NCBI GenBank assembly: GCA_013360395.1
Contig: JABWBQ010000012.1
Location: forward strand, 2,191 to 66,190
Direction of reading: 5' to 3'
Origin: Flavobacteriales bacterium
GTDB taxonomy: Bacteria > Bacteroidota > Bacteroidia > Flavobacteriales_F > PHOS-HE28
Length of the DNA: 64,000 nucleotides
Both the position numbers and the translations under genes were made by a program. Within the stretch, counting starts at the first letter, position 1. Each line of letters begins with the position of its first letter. Positions 19,110 through 29,770 of the stretch are shown one piece after another. Under the pieces are notes generated by a model. It was not told the DNA's origin. It made no database searches and worked only from the letters and a program-made list of their open reading frames with translations.

Positions 19110-20525
19110 ATGCGCTCCATCGCCCCACTGTTGCTGCTGATCGCGCCGCTGGCGCACGCCCAGACCGCCTGGACCCTCGCGCAGTGCGTGCAGCGCGCCG
19201 AGGAACGGAACCTCACCCTGCGCAGCGCCGGGTTGGACACCGAGCTGGCCGACCGTACGCGGGAACAATCCTTCTGGAGCTTCTTTCCCGACCTGAACGG
19301 CGGGGCCACGCACGGCTACAACTACGGCCGGGTGATCGACCGGTTCACCAACACCTTCGCCACGGACCGTGTGCGGACCAACAACTTCTACCTCAGCAGC
19401 GACCTCACGGTGTTCAACGGGCTGCGGTTGCACAACGAGCGGAGGCGTGCCGGCCTCGACCTGGAGGCTGCGCGGGAGGGGGGCAACGCGGTGCGGAACG
19501 ATGTGCGCGCCACCGTGGCCCGGCAGTTCGTCGAGGTGCTGAGCGCCGAGGAACGCATCCGGGCCGGCGAGGCCCAGCTGGCCAGCGCCACGGCCCAGGT
19601 CGAACGCATGCAGACCCTGGTGGAGGCGGGGCGCAACGCGCTGTCCGAGCTGATCAACCTGCGTTCGCAGCAGGCCCAGCAGGAATACGCCCTCGTGGAC
19701 CTGCGCAACCGGCGCGACCAGTCGCTGTTGCTCCTGGCGCAGACCCTGCAGCTCACGGCCGAAGAGCTGTCCACCTTCACGATCGCCGCCCCGGCCCTTG
19801 CCGCCATGAACATCGCCGAACCCACCGCCGACGTGGAGCATGTGCTCACCACCGTGCTGGCCCAGGACCCCCTGTACAAACAGGCCGAGCTGCGCGCCGC
19901 CAGCGCCGACCGTGGCGTGGCCATCGCACGGTCCGGCAGCTATCCGGTGATCAGCTTCAACGCCTCGGCCGGCACGGGTTATTCGGGCCGCAACCTCGAA
20001 TCCATCGGCGACCCCATCGTCGGTCCGCCGCTGCAGATCGGCTACACGGCCGGCAACGAGGCCGTCTACGCCCCGAACGTGGACTACGAGACCCGCGTGC
20101 GCCCCTTCGGCAAGCAGCTGGACGACAACCTGAACGAATCGCTCGGGCTCACCCTTTCGGTGCCCATCTTCAACAACCGCCGCACCGAGCTGGCGGTGAG
20201 CCAGGCCCGCATCCAGCAGGAAAAGGCCGAACTGGAGCTGGTGAACGTGCGCGACCGGCGCCGCCGCGATGTGCAGGATGCCATCCTGGCCCAGCGTGCC
20301 GCGTATCAGCAACACCAGGCCGCCGAGCGTTCCGTGGAAGCCGCCGCCGAGAACCTGCGGCTCACCGAGGCCCGGTACGAGCAGGGTGCCGCCAACGCCC
20401 TGGAACTGAACACCGCGCGCAACGACCTGCAGCGCGCCACGGCCGACCGGATCACGGCCCGGTACAGCTATGTGCTGGCGGCGATGCTGCTGGACATCCT
20501 GCAGGGCATTCCCCTTGCGCATTGA
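19110..20525 (+). CDS. TolC family outer membrane protein
   Basis: WTLAQCVQRA.ERN N-terminus, two helical repeats, LTLSVPIFN and ARYEQG motifs. Confidence 0.9.
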   Translation: MRSIAPLLLLIAPLAHAQTAWTLAQCVQRAEERNLTLRSAGLDTELADRTREQSFWSFFPDLNGGATHGYNYGRVIDRFTNTFATDRVRTNNFYLSSDLTVFNGLRLHNERRRAGLDLEAAREGGNAVRNDVRATVARQFVEVLSAEERIRAGEAQLASATAQVERMQTLVEAGRNALSELINLRSQQAQQEYALVDLRNRRDQSLLLLAQTLQLTAEELSTFTIAAPALAAMNIAEPTADVEHVLTTVLAQDPLYKQAELRAASADRGVAIARSGSYPVISFNASAGTGYSGRNLESIGDPIVGPPLQIGYTAGNEAVYAPNVDYETRVRPFGKQLDDNLNESLGLTLSVPIFNNRRTELAVSQARIQQEKAELELVNVRDRRRRDVQDAILAQRAAYQQHQAAERSVEAAAENLRLTEARYEQGAANALELNTARNDLQRATADRITARYSYVLAAMLLDILQGIPLAH

Positions 20526-20528
20526 GCC

Positions 20529-21203
20529 ATGGCGGCGATCCTGGCCATTGAGACCGCTACCCACCTGTGCTCGGTGGCGGTGGGCCGTGAGGGGTCGCTG
20601 CTGGCCGAGCGCAACGAGGAGGGCGAGGGTTTCGTTCACGCGGAGAAGCTGCATGTGCTGGTCGCGGCGACCATGGCCGGGGCGGGCCTGCGTTTCGCCG
20701 ACCTGGGCGCGGTGGCCGTCGGCATCGGCCCCGGCAGCTACACCGGCCTGCGCATCGGGCTCAGCGCCGCCAAGGGCTTTGCGCACGCCCTGGGCATCCC
20801 CCTGCTGGGCGTGGGCACCCTGGACATCCTGAACGCAGCCCTGCCCGGGGCCGATCCGCACCTGGTGCGCCGGCCCATGGTGGACGCACGCCGGATGGAG
20901 GTCTTCACCGCCGCGTTCACCGCCGCCGGGCGGCCCCTGGACAGCCCCGGTCCGCTGGTGCTGGATGAGGCGTGGGCCCGGGGCCCGGGCGATGGGTCCG
21001 TGGTGTTCGGCGATGGTGCCGACAAGGCTGCCGCACTTTGGGCCATGGCGCCGGGCATCGTGCATGTGCCGGGTGTCAGGCCCTGGGCCAGGGCCCTGCT
21101 CGGCCTGGCGGAGGTGCGTTCACGCAACGGCGTGGTGGACGACCTGGCCTATCTGGTGCCGCTGTACGGCAAGGAGGCGGCTGTGACCCGCCCGCGGTCC
21201 TGA
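20529..21203 (+). CDS. tsaB: tRNA threonylcarbamoyladenosine biosynthesis protein TsaB
   Basis: ILAIETAT, GPGSYTGLRIG, DARRMEVF and P.YGKE motifs. Confidence 0.95.
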   Translation: MAAILAIETATHLCSVAVGREGSLLAERNEEGEGFVHAEKLHVLVAATMAGAGLRFADLGAVAVGIGPGSYTGLRIGLSAAKGFAHALGIPLLGVGTLDILNAALPGADPHLVRRPMVDARRMEVFTAAFTAAGRPLDSPGPLVLDEAWARGPGDGSVVFGDGADKAAALWAMAPGIVHVPGVRPWARALLGLAEVRSRNGVVDDLAYLVPLYGKEAAVTRPRS

Positions 21204-21207
21204 GCGC

Positions 21208-21714
21208 TCACAGCCCGGCCAGGATCACCAACAGGGCCGCCGGGTCGATCGCGCCCTCCAGCACCAGGAGGGCGTCTCCTTTGCGTGCGAAGGCACCCTC
21301 GGCCAGGTACACCACGTTGCCCTCGACCAGGAAGGCGGCCTCCGCCTTGGTGCAGAAGGCCCCTTCGCTGCGGAACACGGCCGGACCTTCGGCGACCAGC
21401 GCGCAGCTGCCGCGGGTGCACAGGGCACCGCTGGCGTGTGCGATCCCCTGGCCGTCCAGCACGTAGGCACAGTCGCCGCGCGACCACAGGCCATCGGCGC
21501 TGCGGAACACCCGGTCGCCTTCGATCAGGTACAGGCACGGGCCCCGCGTGCCGAACGGACCGCTGGCGGCGTGGATCGCACCGCCCTCCACCACGAAGGC
21601 CGCATCGCCCGGGCGGGCCAACGGCCCGTAGGCCCAGCGCACCAGCACCTGCTGGGCGTTCACGCAGGCCGCGCTCGCCAGGGCCAGGAAGGTGGGCAGC
21701 AGAGCGTATCTCAT
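21208..21714 (-). CDS. Secreted hypothetical protein with five tandem 22-aa repeats
   Basis: Signal peptide then repeats such as CLYLIEGDRVFRSADGLWSRGD; start overlaps the upstream stop. Confidence 0.75.
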   Translation of the reverse strand: MRYALLPTFLALASAACVNAQQVLVRWAYGPLARPGDAAFVVEGGAIHAASGPFGTRGPCLYLIEGDRVFRSADGLWSRGDCAYVLDGQGIAHASGALCTRGSCALVAEGPAVFRSEGAFCTKAEAAFLVEGNVVYLAEGAFARKGDALLVLEGAIDPAALLVILAGL

Positions 21715-22607
21715 CGGCGTTCGGTGCGGTAGCGCACCACCTGGATCCGACCCGTGGCCACGTCCTTGCTGAGCCGCGCCTTCAGGAACATGGTCCCTTC
21801 CTCGTACAGCAGCTCCTCGTGCCGCACCAGGCGGTCGTCCTGGTACAGTTCCGTGGCCAGGAGGTTGCCGACGGTGTCGTACCGGTAGGTCTCCCTGACG
21901 TGCTGCGGCCCGCGCAGGTCGGGCTTTTCGGTGCGCTCGGCCAGCCGCCCCTTCTCGTCGTAGCGGAACTCCACCCGCGAACGCCTGCCGCTCATCAGGT
22001 AGAGGTCCTCGATGCTGCGCAGGTAGCCCCAGCGGTCGTAAGCGTGCCGCTGTTCCCGGTAAGGCAGGTCCAGGTCGTTGCGGTACACGCGCACCCAGGC
22101 CGTGTCGCTTTCCTTGCGGTATCCGAACCGTTCCTGGCCGATCACCGTGCGCTCGCCCGGCCGGAAGTGGTAGCGGTCCGGCCCGAGGTTCGCCACCCGC
22201 ACGTAGGTCTCACCCACCGCCCTTCCGGTGCTGTCGTAGGCGGTTTCCAACAGGTAGTGCCCGGCGATGTCGGTGCGCAGTTGCGACAGGGGCCGGCCCA
22301 GACTGTCGTGCTCCCAGATCACCGAGGTGGTGTCCGTTCCGCTGCCGGGGCGGCCGCGCGAGGTGTTGGCGTACACCATCCGCCCGGCCGGGTCGAACCG
22401 GTACAACACGCGTTCGGGCAGATCGTACATCGGCTTGCCCTCGACCTTCACCGCGGTGGTGCCGATGATGGCCGCCACGGCGTTGCGCCGCATGAAGGCC
22501 GTGTCCCACGATGGATGGTCGGGCTTCTTTTCCGAAGGCAGGATGCGCAGCACTTGGGCGGGCAGTACGCCGGGGACAAGGGCCAGGAGCAGGGCGACGG
22601 TCCTCAT
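21711..22607 (-). CDS. Secreted hypothetical protein with YD-like repeats
   Basis: ATG at 22607 ([10 protein letters not shown]...) overlaps the upstream stop; repeated YDxxGR units (YDSTGR, YDRWGY, YDEKGR, YDTVGN). Confidence 0.75.
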   Translation of the reverse strand: MRTVALLLALVPGVLPAQVLRILPSEKKPDHPSWDTAFMRRNAVAAIIGTTAVKVEGKPMYDLPERVLYRFDPAGRMVYANTSRGRPGSGTDTTSVIWEHDSLGRPLSQLRTDIAGHYLLETAYDSTGRAVGETYVRVANLGPDRYHFRPGERTVIGQERFGYRKESDTAWVRVYRNDLDLPYREQRHAYDRWGYLRSIEDLYLMSGRRSRVEFRYDEKGRLAERTEKPDLRGPQHVRETYRYDTVGNLLATELYQDDRLVRHEELLYEEGTMFLKARLSKDVATGRIQVVRYRTERR

Positions 22608-24724
22608 GGCATTTGGCGCAGCGCTTCCTCCACCGTGGCCACGGGCATGCGGCAGGTCTTGTCCAGGCACACGTGGATCATGGAGGCGCCGGATTTCAGT
22701 TTGCCCTCCAGCAGCGGCAGGGTGGAGCCCGCCACGGTGCCCAGGAAGACCGCGTTGGGCAGGAAGTGGCCGCCGAAGCCGGCACGCAGGGCGATGGCTT
22801 CCGGGCCGGTGATGGCGATCTCGTGGAAGGGGAAGACGTGCGCCTGCATCAGCATGGCCCAGTTGCTGTAGCCGCCCGGGTAGCTGTCCATCTGTCCCTT
22901 CACGTTCTGCAGCATCTGCTCGGCCATGGCCAGGTAGCGCGGCCGGTCCAGCAGGTGGCCCAGCAGGAAGAGCCCCTTGGCCATGCTGCTGTTGGACGCC
23001 GGCACCACGTTGTCGTTGATCTCCTTGCGGCGGGCCACCAGGGGCGGGTCGAGGTCGCTGGTGAAGTGGAACATGGCGCTGGTGCTGTCGTGGAAATGGG
23101 CGATGGCATACTCGGCCAGCTTCTCCGCCTCGCGCACGTATGCCTCGTCGAAGGTGACGCCATACAGGGCCAGCAGCGCCTCGATGGTGAAGCAATGATC
23201 CTCCAGGTAGCCGTTGATGGTGGCCCTGCCGTTCTTCCAGCTGTGCCAGAGCCCGCCGTCGGGGCGCCTGCACGAGCCGAGCAGCAGGGCCATGGTGCGC
23301 TTGGCCTGCTCCAGGTAGGCCGCTTCGCCGAACGCTTCGTAGGCATCGGCGTAGGCCTGCACGGCGAGGGCGTTCCAGCTCACCAACGCCTTGTCGTCCA
23401 AGCCGGGCCTTGGTCGCCCGGCGCGTGCCTCCAGCAGCCGCGCGTTGATGCGGTCGATGCGGGTGCGCAGCGTGGCAGGGTCCATGCCGTTGCGCTTGGC
23501 GAAGGTGGCATCGTCCACCGGCCGCAGCAGGATGTTGCGCCCATGCTCCCAGAGGCCCTCCCCGCCCACGCCGTAATACTTCAGGGCCAGTTCGAGGTCA
23601 TCGCCCAGCGCGGCACGAAGCTCCGCCTCGGTCCACACGTAGAAACGCCCCTCTTCGCCCTCGCTGTCGGCGTCGAGCGCACTGAAGAAGGCGCCTTCGG
23701 GGGAGCGCAGCTCGCGTTCCAAGAAGGCCAACGTGCGTTCCACCACGCGCCGGTGCCCGGGGTCCCCGTAGGCTTTCCAGGCCTGGCAGTAGAGGCTGAC
23801 GAGCTGCACGTTGTCGTACAGCATCTTCTCGAAGTGGGGCACCTTCCAGAGCACGTCGGTGCTGTACCGTGCGAAACCGCCGCCCACCTGGTCGAAGATG
23901 CCGCCGCGCGCCATGCGGTCCAGCGTGAGCTTCACGTACGCCCCGAGGGTCGTGTCGCCGGTGAGCCGGGCCTGCCGCAGCAGGAACAGGAGGTTGTTGG
24001 GCATGGGGAACTTGGGCGCACCGTCGGTGCCGCCGTGTTCCCGGTCGAACTGCCGCTCCCACACCGCCACGTAGTGGTCCAGCTCCTTGCGGGTGAAGGG
24101 CGCGGGGTCCTCGTTGAGCACCACCAGGTCCAGTTCGGCGATCCCCTGCTGCAGGCGTTCGGCGTAGCCGCGCACGCGGTCGGGTTCCTGGGCCCAGGTG
24201 GTGGCCAGGTCCTGAAGCAGCTGCCGCCATTGGCCCGGCGGGAAGTAGGTGCCGCCGTACACCGGCCGGCCGTCGGGCAGCGTGAAGCAGTTGAGGGGCC
24301 AGCCGCCGCGGCCGGTCATCAATTGCACGGCGCCCATGTACACCTGGTCCACGTCGGGGCGTTCCTCGCGGTCCACCTTGACACAGACGAAGTGGCGGTT
24401 CATGAGCGCCGCGATGCTGTCGTCCTCGAAGCTCTCACGCTCCATCACGTGGCACCAGTGGCAGCTGCTGTAGCCCACGCTGACGAGCATGAGCTTGTTG
24501 CCGGCGCGTGCCGCATCCAGGGCCTCCTGCCCCCAGGGATACCAATCCACCGGGTTGTGCGCGTGCTGCAGGAGGTAGGGGCTTGTTTCGTGGATCAGCC
24601 GGTTGGCAGGGCGGTGCGCGGTGCTGTCGTCCATGGTTGCGGTGCGCCCGCTGCCTGGGTCACCACATCCCCCGGCGGACAGCAGCAGCGCTGCGCAGCA
24701 GGGGAGCAGGGACCGCCGGGACAC
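22604..24724 (-). CDS. Thioredoxin domain-containing protein (YyaL/SSP411, DUF255 plus alpha/alpha barrel)
   Basis: [36 protein letters not shown] and [11 protein letters not shown] motifs. Start is either GTG 24724 (lipoprotein-like signal) or ATG 24634. Confidence 0.92.
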   Translation of the reverse strand: MSRRSLLPCCAALLLSAGGCGDPGSGRTATMDDSTAHRPANRLIHETSPYLLQHAHNPVDWYPWGQEALDAARAGNKLMLVSVGYSSCHWCHVMERESFEDDSIAALMNRHFVCVKVDREERPDVDQVYMGAVQLMTGRGGWPLNCFTLPDGRPVYGGTYFPPGQWRQLLQDLATTWAQEPDRVRGYAERLQQGIAELDLVVLNEDPAPFTRKELDHYVAVWERQFDREHGGTDGAPKFPMPNNLLFLLRQARLTGDTTLGAYVKLTLDRMARGGIFDQVGGGFARYSTDVLWKVPHFEKMLYDNVQLVSLYCQAWKAYGDPGHRRVVERTLAFLERELRSPEGAFFSALDADSEGEEGRFYVWTEAELRAALGDDLELALKYYGVGGEGLWEHGRNILLRPVDDATFAKRNGMDPATLRTRIDRINARLLEARAGRPRPGLDDKALVSWNALAVQAYADAYEAFGEAAYLEQAKRTMALLLGSCRRPDGGLWHSWKNGRATINGYLEDHCFTIEALLALYGVTFDEAYVREAEKLAEYAIAHFHDSTSAMFHFTSDLDPPLVARRKEINDNVVPASNSSMAKGLFLLGHLLDRPRYLAMAEQMLQNVKGQMDSYPGGYSNWAMLMQAHVFPFHEIAITGPEAIALRAGFGGHFLPNAVFLGTVAGSTLPLLEGKLKSGASMIHVCLDKTCRMPVATVEEALRQMP

Positions 24725-24807
24725 GGGGTCAAAGAAAGGCCCGTGGTACGGCGACCGGGTGCGACCGTCCCCGCAGGTCGTCAACGATCGGGCGTGCGCA
24801 GCGGCGG

Positions 24808-25251
24808 TCATTCCCGCAGGGGGGCCTCCAGGCGGAAGGGGATTCGCCGGCCCACCCAGCCGGCACGCACATGCACGGTGCCCTCGGCGCGCAGCACCGG
24901 CGTGCGGCCCAGCAGCATGCCCAGGCCCGTGGCCAGCAGCGGGCCGCCCTCCAGGCGGGCATGCAGGGGCACCCGGACCACGGAGGTGGCCCGCGCGGGC
25001 ACCGTGAGCGGGGTGTCCAGTACGGCGGTGCCGACGCGCGTGCCGTCCAGGAAGAGTTCCAGGTCCGGGTCGCGCAGGCGGATGCGGTAGCCGTTGGGGT
25101 TGTTCACCCGCACCTCGGCCCGCACCGCCAGGCCACGCGCGTCGAGGCCCGTCAGCCGCAGGGCCTCCACGCCTTCCACGGTCACCTCGCGGTAGCTGAG
25201 GCAGCCGGCGAGCAGCACGCACAGCCCGAGGGCCGGCAGCGCGGCCACCAT
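24808..25251 (-). CDS. LEA_2/WHy-domain lipoprotein
   Basis: Lipobox LLAGC; [11 protein letters not shown] and VPA...VRVP motifs. Start at ATG 25251 or GTG 25278. Confidence 0.8.
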   Translation of the reverse strand: MVAALPALGLCVLLAGCLSYREVTVEGVEALRLTGLDARGLAVRAEVRVNNPNGYRIRLRDPDLELFLDGTRVGTAVLDTPLTVPARATSVVRVPLHARLEGGPLLATGLGMLLGRTPVLRAEGTVHVRAGWVGRRIPFRLEAPLRE

Positions 25252-25274
25252 GCGAAGCGGGTGGGGCAGCGGGC

Positions 25275-26654
25275 TCACGCCTTGCCGTTCATCAAGGCGG
25301 CGTAGTGGTGGAAGAACCGCGGGATGGTGCGGATGCCCATCATGTAGTTGAACACGCCGTAGTGCTCGTCGGGGCTGTGGATCTTGTCCGAGTCCAGCCC
25401 GAAGCCGAACAGCACGGTTTTGAGCCCCAGCTCGGCCTCGAACAGGGCCACGATGGGGATGCTGCCTCCCCCGCGCGTGGGGATGGGCCGCTTGCCGAAG
25501 GTCTCCTCCATGGCCATGCTCGCGGCGCGGTAGGCCTCCGAGGTGATGGGCGTCACCACCGCCTCGCCCCCGTGGTGGGGCCGCACCACCACCGTCACCC
25601 CGGGCGGGGCCATGCGCACGAAGTGCTCTTGGAACAGCCGGGTGATGTCGGCGCTCCGCTGATCGGGCACCAGGCGCATGCTGATCTTGGCGTAGGCCTT
25701 GGAGGGCAGCACGGTCTTGGCCCCTTCGCCGATGTAGCCACCCCAGATGCCATTGACGTCCAGGGTGGGGCGGATGCTGCTGCGCTCGGGGGTGCTGTAC
25801 CCCTTCTCCCCGTGCACGGCACCGATGGTCAGGTCGCGCATATAGGCCGCCTCGTCGAAGGGCGCTTCGGCCAGGGCCTGGCGTTCCGCGGCGCTCAGTT
25901 CGCGCACGGCGTCGTAGAAGCCGGGTATGGTGATGCGGCGGTCGGCGTCGTGCAGGCCGGCGATCATCTCGCACAGGGCGTTGATGGGGTTGGTCACCGC
26001 GCCCCCATAGACCCCGCTGTGCAGGTCGCGGTCCGGGCCGGTGACCTCCACCTCCAGGTAGCTCAGTCCGCGCAGGCCGGTGTTGATGCTGGGCACGTCG
26101 TTGGCGAGCATGGCCGTGTCGCTGATCAGCACCACATCGGCCCGCAGCCGCTCCTTGTTGGCCCGCACGAAGGGCCCTAGGTTCACGCTGCCCACCTCCT
26201 CCTCACCCTCGATCATGAACTTCACGTTGCAGGGCAACCCGCCGTGGTGCAGCATGGCCTCCACCGCCTTCACGTGCATGTAGAACTGGCCCTTGTCGTC
26301 GGCGCTGCCGCGCGCGTAAATGCGGCCGTCCCGCACCACCGGCTCGAAGGGCGGGGAGGTCCACAGCTCCAGCGGGTCGGCCGGCTGCACGTCATAGTGC
26401 CCGTACACCAGCACGGTGGGCTTCGCCGGGTCCACGATCTTCTCGCCGTACACGATGGGGTGGCCCGCCGTGGCGATCACCTCCACGGCGTCGAGGCCGG
26501 CCTCGGTGAGCCGTTGCCCCACGGCCCCGGCACAGCGTTGCACATCGGCCTTGTACCTAGGGTCCGCGCTCACGCTGGGGATCCGCAGCAGGTCCATCAG
26601 CTCGGCCAGGTAGCGCTCCTGGGCCGCCTGGATATGGTCGTCAAGTACAGTCAC
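25275..26654 (-). CDS. M20 family dipeptidase
   Basis: [32 protein letters not shown] and IHSPDE motifs; probable GTG start at 26654. Confidence 0.92.
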   Translation of the reverse strand: MTVLDDHIQAAQERYLAELMDLLRIPSVSADPRYKADVQRCAGAVGQRLTEAGLDAVEVIATAGHPIVYGEKIVDPAKPTVLVYGHYDVQPADPLELWTSPPFEPVVRDGRIYARGSADDKGQFYMHVKAVEAMLHHGGLPCNVKFMIEGEEEVGSVNLGPFVRANKERLRADVVLISDTAMLANDVPSINTGLRGLSYLEVEVTGPDRDLHSGVYGGAVTNPINALCEMIAGLHDADRRITIPGFYDAVRELSAAERQALAEAPFDEAAYMRDLTIGAVHGEKGYSTPERSSIRPTLDVNGIWGGYIGEGAKTVLPSKAYAKISMRLVPDQRSADITRLFQEHFVRMAPPGVTVVVRPHHGGEAVVTPITSEAYRAASMAMEETFGKRPIPTRGGGSIPIVALFEAELGLKTVLFGFGLDSDKIHSPDEHYGVFNYMMGIRTIPRFFHHYAALMNGKA

Positions 26655-26828
26655 GATATCTCGGTATATTGTTGACCAAGTGCTTCTTCTTGAGGAACTT
26701 GGTCGTGTGGATCCGACCCGAAAGATAGCGGACCGCCGTTGGCGCGATCGTTCAGGCCACTTGCTCGGTGGCGGTCCCGTCTTGTACCCAGCAGGGGTTC
26801 CTTCGCCCATCGAACGCCCCTCCCCCCC

Positions 26829-29681
26829 ATGAAACGCGCCCTGATCCCTGTGCTGCTCGGCCTGACCTTCCTGCCCGCCATGGGGCCGGAGGCCCAGGCG
26901 CAACTGTTGATCAACAACGCGCCCACCCCGCAGAACCTGGTGCTGAACACCTTATTGGGCGGTGGTGTGGCCGCCAACAACGTTCTGTACAACGGCATGG
27001 CCGGCGCTCCGGGCGGGCAGGCCGGGTGCGGGGCCTTCACGGCCAGCGGCACCAACCTGGGACTGGCCTCCGGCATCATCCTTTCCACCGGCAGCGTGCT
27101 CGATGCCCCGGGCATGGGCGACATCACCTTCGCCAGCACGTCCATCTTCGGCGGGAGCGACCCCGACCTGCAGCTCCTTTCCGGTGTGCAGATCTCCGAC
27201 GCTTCCGTACTGGAGTTCGATTTCGTGCCCACCGGCAACGCTATCTCGTTCAACTTCGTGTTCGCTTCGGAGGAATATCCCGAGTACGTGTGCAACACGG
27301 TGAACGACGCCTTCGGCTTCTTCCTGAGCGGCCCGGGCATCTCCGGCCCGTACTCCAACGGTGCGGCGAACATCGCCCTGATCCCCGGCACCGGGGTGCC
27401 GGTGACCATCAACACCCTGAACAGCGGCTCATCCGGCGATCCAACCTTGGGCTCCGACCCCATGTACTGCTTCGCGGCCGATCCCAACTGGGTCGCCAAC
27501 AGCGTGTACTATGTGGACAACATGATGGGCAACACGATCACCTATGATGGGATGACCACCGTGCTCACCGCCAGTGCGGCCGTGCAGTGCGGCCAGACCT
27601 ACCATATCAAGCTGGCGATCGGCGACGGCGGTGACGACCTCTACGACTCGGCCGTGTTCCTGGAATCGGGCAGCTTCGTGAGCGCGCAACCGGTGGTGAC
27701 CGTCAGCCCCGACGTCAACCTGCCGTGCAGCGGCACAGTGGACATCAGCATCCTGAACGTCACCGGCGGCACGCCGCCCTACAACTACCAGTGGACCCTC
27801 AACGGGAGCCCGGTGAGCAGCAACCAGACCATCACCGTGGGGCAGGGCCAGCAGGGCAACTACGTGGCCACCGTGACCGATGGCTGCGGGGCCGTGGTGC
27901 AGGAGACCGTGGTGGTGGGTGCTCCGGTGAGCCCGCCCATGACCCTGACGCTGACGCCCGACCTGAACCTGCCTTGCAGCGGCACGGTGGACCTGGAGGT
28001 GCTGAACCTCACGGGCGGCACGCCTCCCTTCACCTACACCTGGACACTGAACGGCACCACGGTGGGCACGGGCACCTCCATCACCGTGCCCAACACGGCC
28101 CCCGGGACCTACGTGCTGACGGTGAACGACAACTGCGCCGGGACCGTGCAGGAGGACGTGGTGGTGGGCCCGCCGGTAAGCCCGCCCATGACCCTGACGC
28201 TGAGCCCCGACCTGACCTTCGACTGCCTGGGCACGGGCGACCTCAGCGTGCTGAACGTGGCCGGCGGCACCCCGCCCTTCACCTACACCTGGACGCTGAA
28301 CGGCACCACCGTGGGCACCGGCACCAACATCCCTGTGGACGCCACGGCCCCCGGTACTTACACGGTGACGGTGAACGACAACTGCGGCGGTGTGCAGCAG
28401 GGCACCATCACCGTGACGGTACTGCCCCCGGCCGTGCTGACGGTCACCGCGTCGCCGGACCTGGAATTGCCCTGCCAGGGCACCGTGCTGTTGGAGGTGC
28501 TGAATGTGGTGGGCGGGGTGGCCCCGTACACCTACGAATGGACCCTGAACGGCGCGACCCAGGGCACCACGGCCCAGTTGACCGTGCCCGCCGGTTCGCC
28601 CGGCGCCTACGTGGTGACCGTGGAGGACGCCTGTGGCGGCAGCGGCACGGCCACCGTGCAGGTGAGCCCGCCCAACATGCCCACCCTCACCATCACCCCC
28701 GGTGGGCCCTACACCGTGCCCTGCCTGGGCAACGTGGTGTCCCTGACCCCGGGCGTCACTGGCGGCGATGGCCAGTACACCTACCTCTGGACCGATGATG
28801 CGGGCAACGGCGTAGGCAGCGGGGCCACCCTGAACGTGCCGGTGACCGCCGACGCCACCTACACACTGACGGTGAACGACAACTGCGGTCAGCAGACCAG
28901 TGCCACCCTGGCCGTGGATGCCCCGGAGCCCTTGGACCTGTTGCTGCCCGCCACGGCCGTGGCCTGTGAGGGCGGCAGCGCCACGGTGACCGCCGGTGGC
29001 ACGGGCGGCGGTGGGACCTACACCTTCCTGTGGCAACCCTCGGGCGCCACCGACAGTGCGGTCACCGTATTCCCCGCGGGCGACACCACGCTGACCGTGA
29101 CGGTGATCGACGCCTGCGGGGACAGCGTCAGCGGGGCCGTCACCGTGATGGTAGAGATCCCCGTGGTGGAGATCACCACCAGCGAACTGGGTGGCGACGA
29201 ATTCCGCTTCACAGCGCAATGCCTGCCCGGGGCGGAGACCTACCATTGGACCTTCAGCAACGGGGCGCAGGCCTTCGGCACGCCCGTGCAGACCACCTTC
29301 GCCGATGGCGACGAGTACTGGGCCACCGTGACGGCCATCACCCCGGCGGGATGCACCGATGTGGACAGCGTGTTCCTGCAGCCCGGTGGACAGCTTTACA
29401 TCCCCAACGCCTTCACCCCGGACGGCGATGGCATCAACGACACCTGGGGCCCGGTGTGGTACGCCATGACCGAGGTGAGCTACACCATCTACGACCGTTG
29501 GGGTGAGGTGATCTTCACCACCGATGAACCGGGCCGCACCTGGGATGGGCGTTTCACCAACGGCCAGCCCTGTCCCACCGGGGTCTACGTGTACCAGTAC
29601 AAGGCCAAGGGCGTACGTTTCCCCTCCACCAAGGGCATCGGCTCGGTGACGCTGCTGGGCCAGGACCTCGACCCGGATTGA
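26829..29681 (+). CDS. Choice-of-anchor L domain protein with Ig/PKD-like repeats and a gliding-motility (type B T9SS) C-terminal domain
   Basis: LEFDFVP...FASEEYPEYVC..NDAFGFFLSGPG...YHIKLAIGDGGD..YDSAVFLE; C-terminal IPNAFTPDGDGINDTW...IYDRWG...WDG...GVYVY. Confidence 0.9.
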   Translation: MKRALIPVLLGLTFLPAMGPEAQAQLLINNAPTPQNLVLNTLLGGGVAANNVLYNGMAGAPGGQAGCGAFTASGTNLGLASGIILSTGSVLDAPGMGDITFASTSIFGGSDPDLQLLSGVQISDASVLEFDFVPTGNAISFNFVFASEEYPEYVCNTVNDAFGFFLSGPGISGPYSNGAANIALIPGTGVPVTINTLNSGSSGDPTLGSDPMYCFAADPNWVANSVYYVDNMMGNTITYDGMTTVLTASAAVQCGQTYHIKLAIGDGGDDLYDSAVFLESGSFVSAQPVVTVSPDVNLPCSGTVDISILNVTGGTPPYNYQWTLNGSPVSSNQTITVGQGQQGNYVATVTDGCGAVVQETVVVGAPVSPPMTLTLTPDLNLPCSGTVDLEVLNLTGGTPPFTYTWTLNGTTVGTGTSITVPNTAPGTYVLTVNDNCAGTVQEDVVVGPPVSPPMTLTLSPDLTFDCLGTGDLSVLNVAGGTPPFTYTWTLNGTTVGTGTNIPVDATAPGTYTVTVNDNCGGVQQGTITVTVLPPAVLTVTASPDLELPCQGTVLLEVLNVVGGVAPYTYEWTLNGATQGTTAQLTVPAGSPGAYVVTVEDACGGSGTATVQVSPPNMPTLTITPGGPYTVPCLGNVVSLTPGVTGGDGQYTYLWTDDAGNGVGSGATLNVPVTADATYTLTVNDNCGQQTSATLAVDAPEPLDLLLPATAVACEGGSATVTAGGTGGGGTYTFLWQPSGATDSAVTVFPAGDTTLTVTVIDACGDSVSGAVTVMVEIPVVEITTSELGGDEFRFTAQCLPGAETYHWTFSNGAQAFGTPVQTTFADGDEYWATVTAITPAGCTDVDSVFLQPGGQLYIPNAFTPDGDGINDTWGPVWYAMTEVSYTIYDRWGEVIFTTDEPGRTWDGRFTNGQPCPTGVYVYQYKAKGVRFPSTKGIGSVTLLGQDLDPD
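27708..28700 (+). repeat. Four intragenic 249-bp (83-aa) domain repeats
   Basis: PD(V/L)xxxC..TV.L.VLNV.GG.PP..Y.WTLNG units begin at 27708, 27957, 28206 and 28455. Confidence 0.85.
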
Positions 29682-29770
29682 CCCCCATCCCGGGCGGCTC
29701 CGGGCAACCGATCGCCCCCCGGAGGGGTCATGTGGTCGTTGAGGCTTAATTTTCAAGGCCTTTTCCCGTC

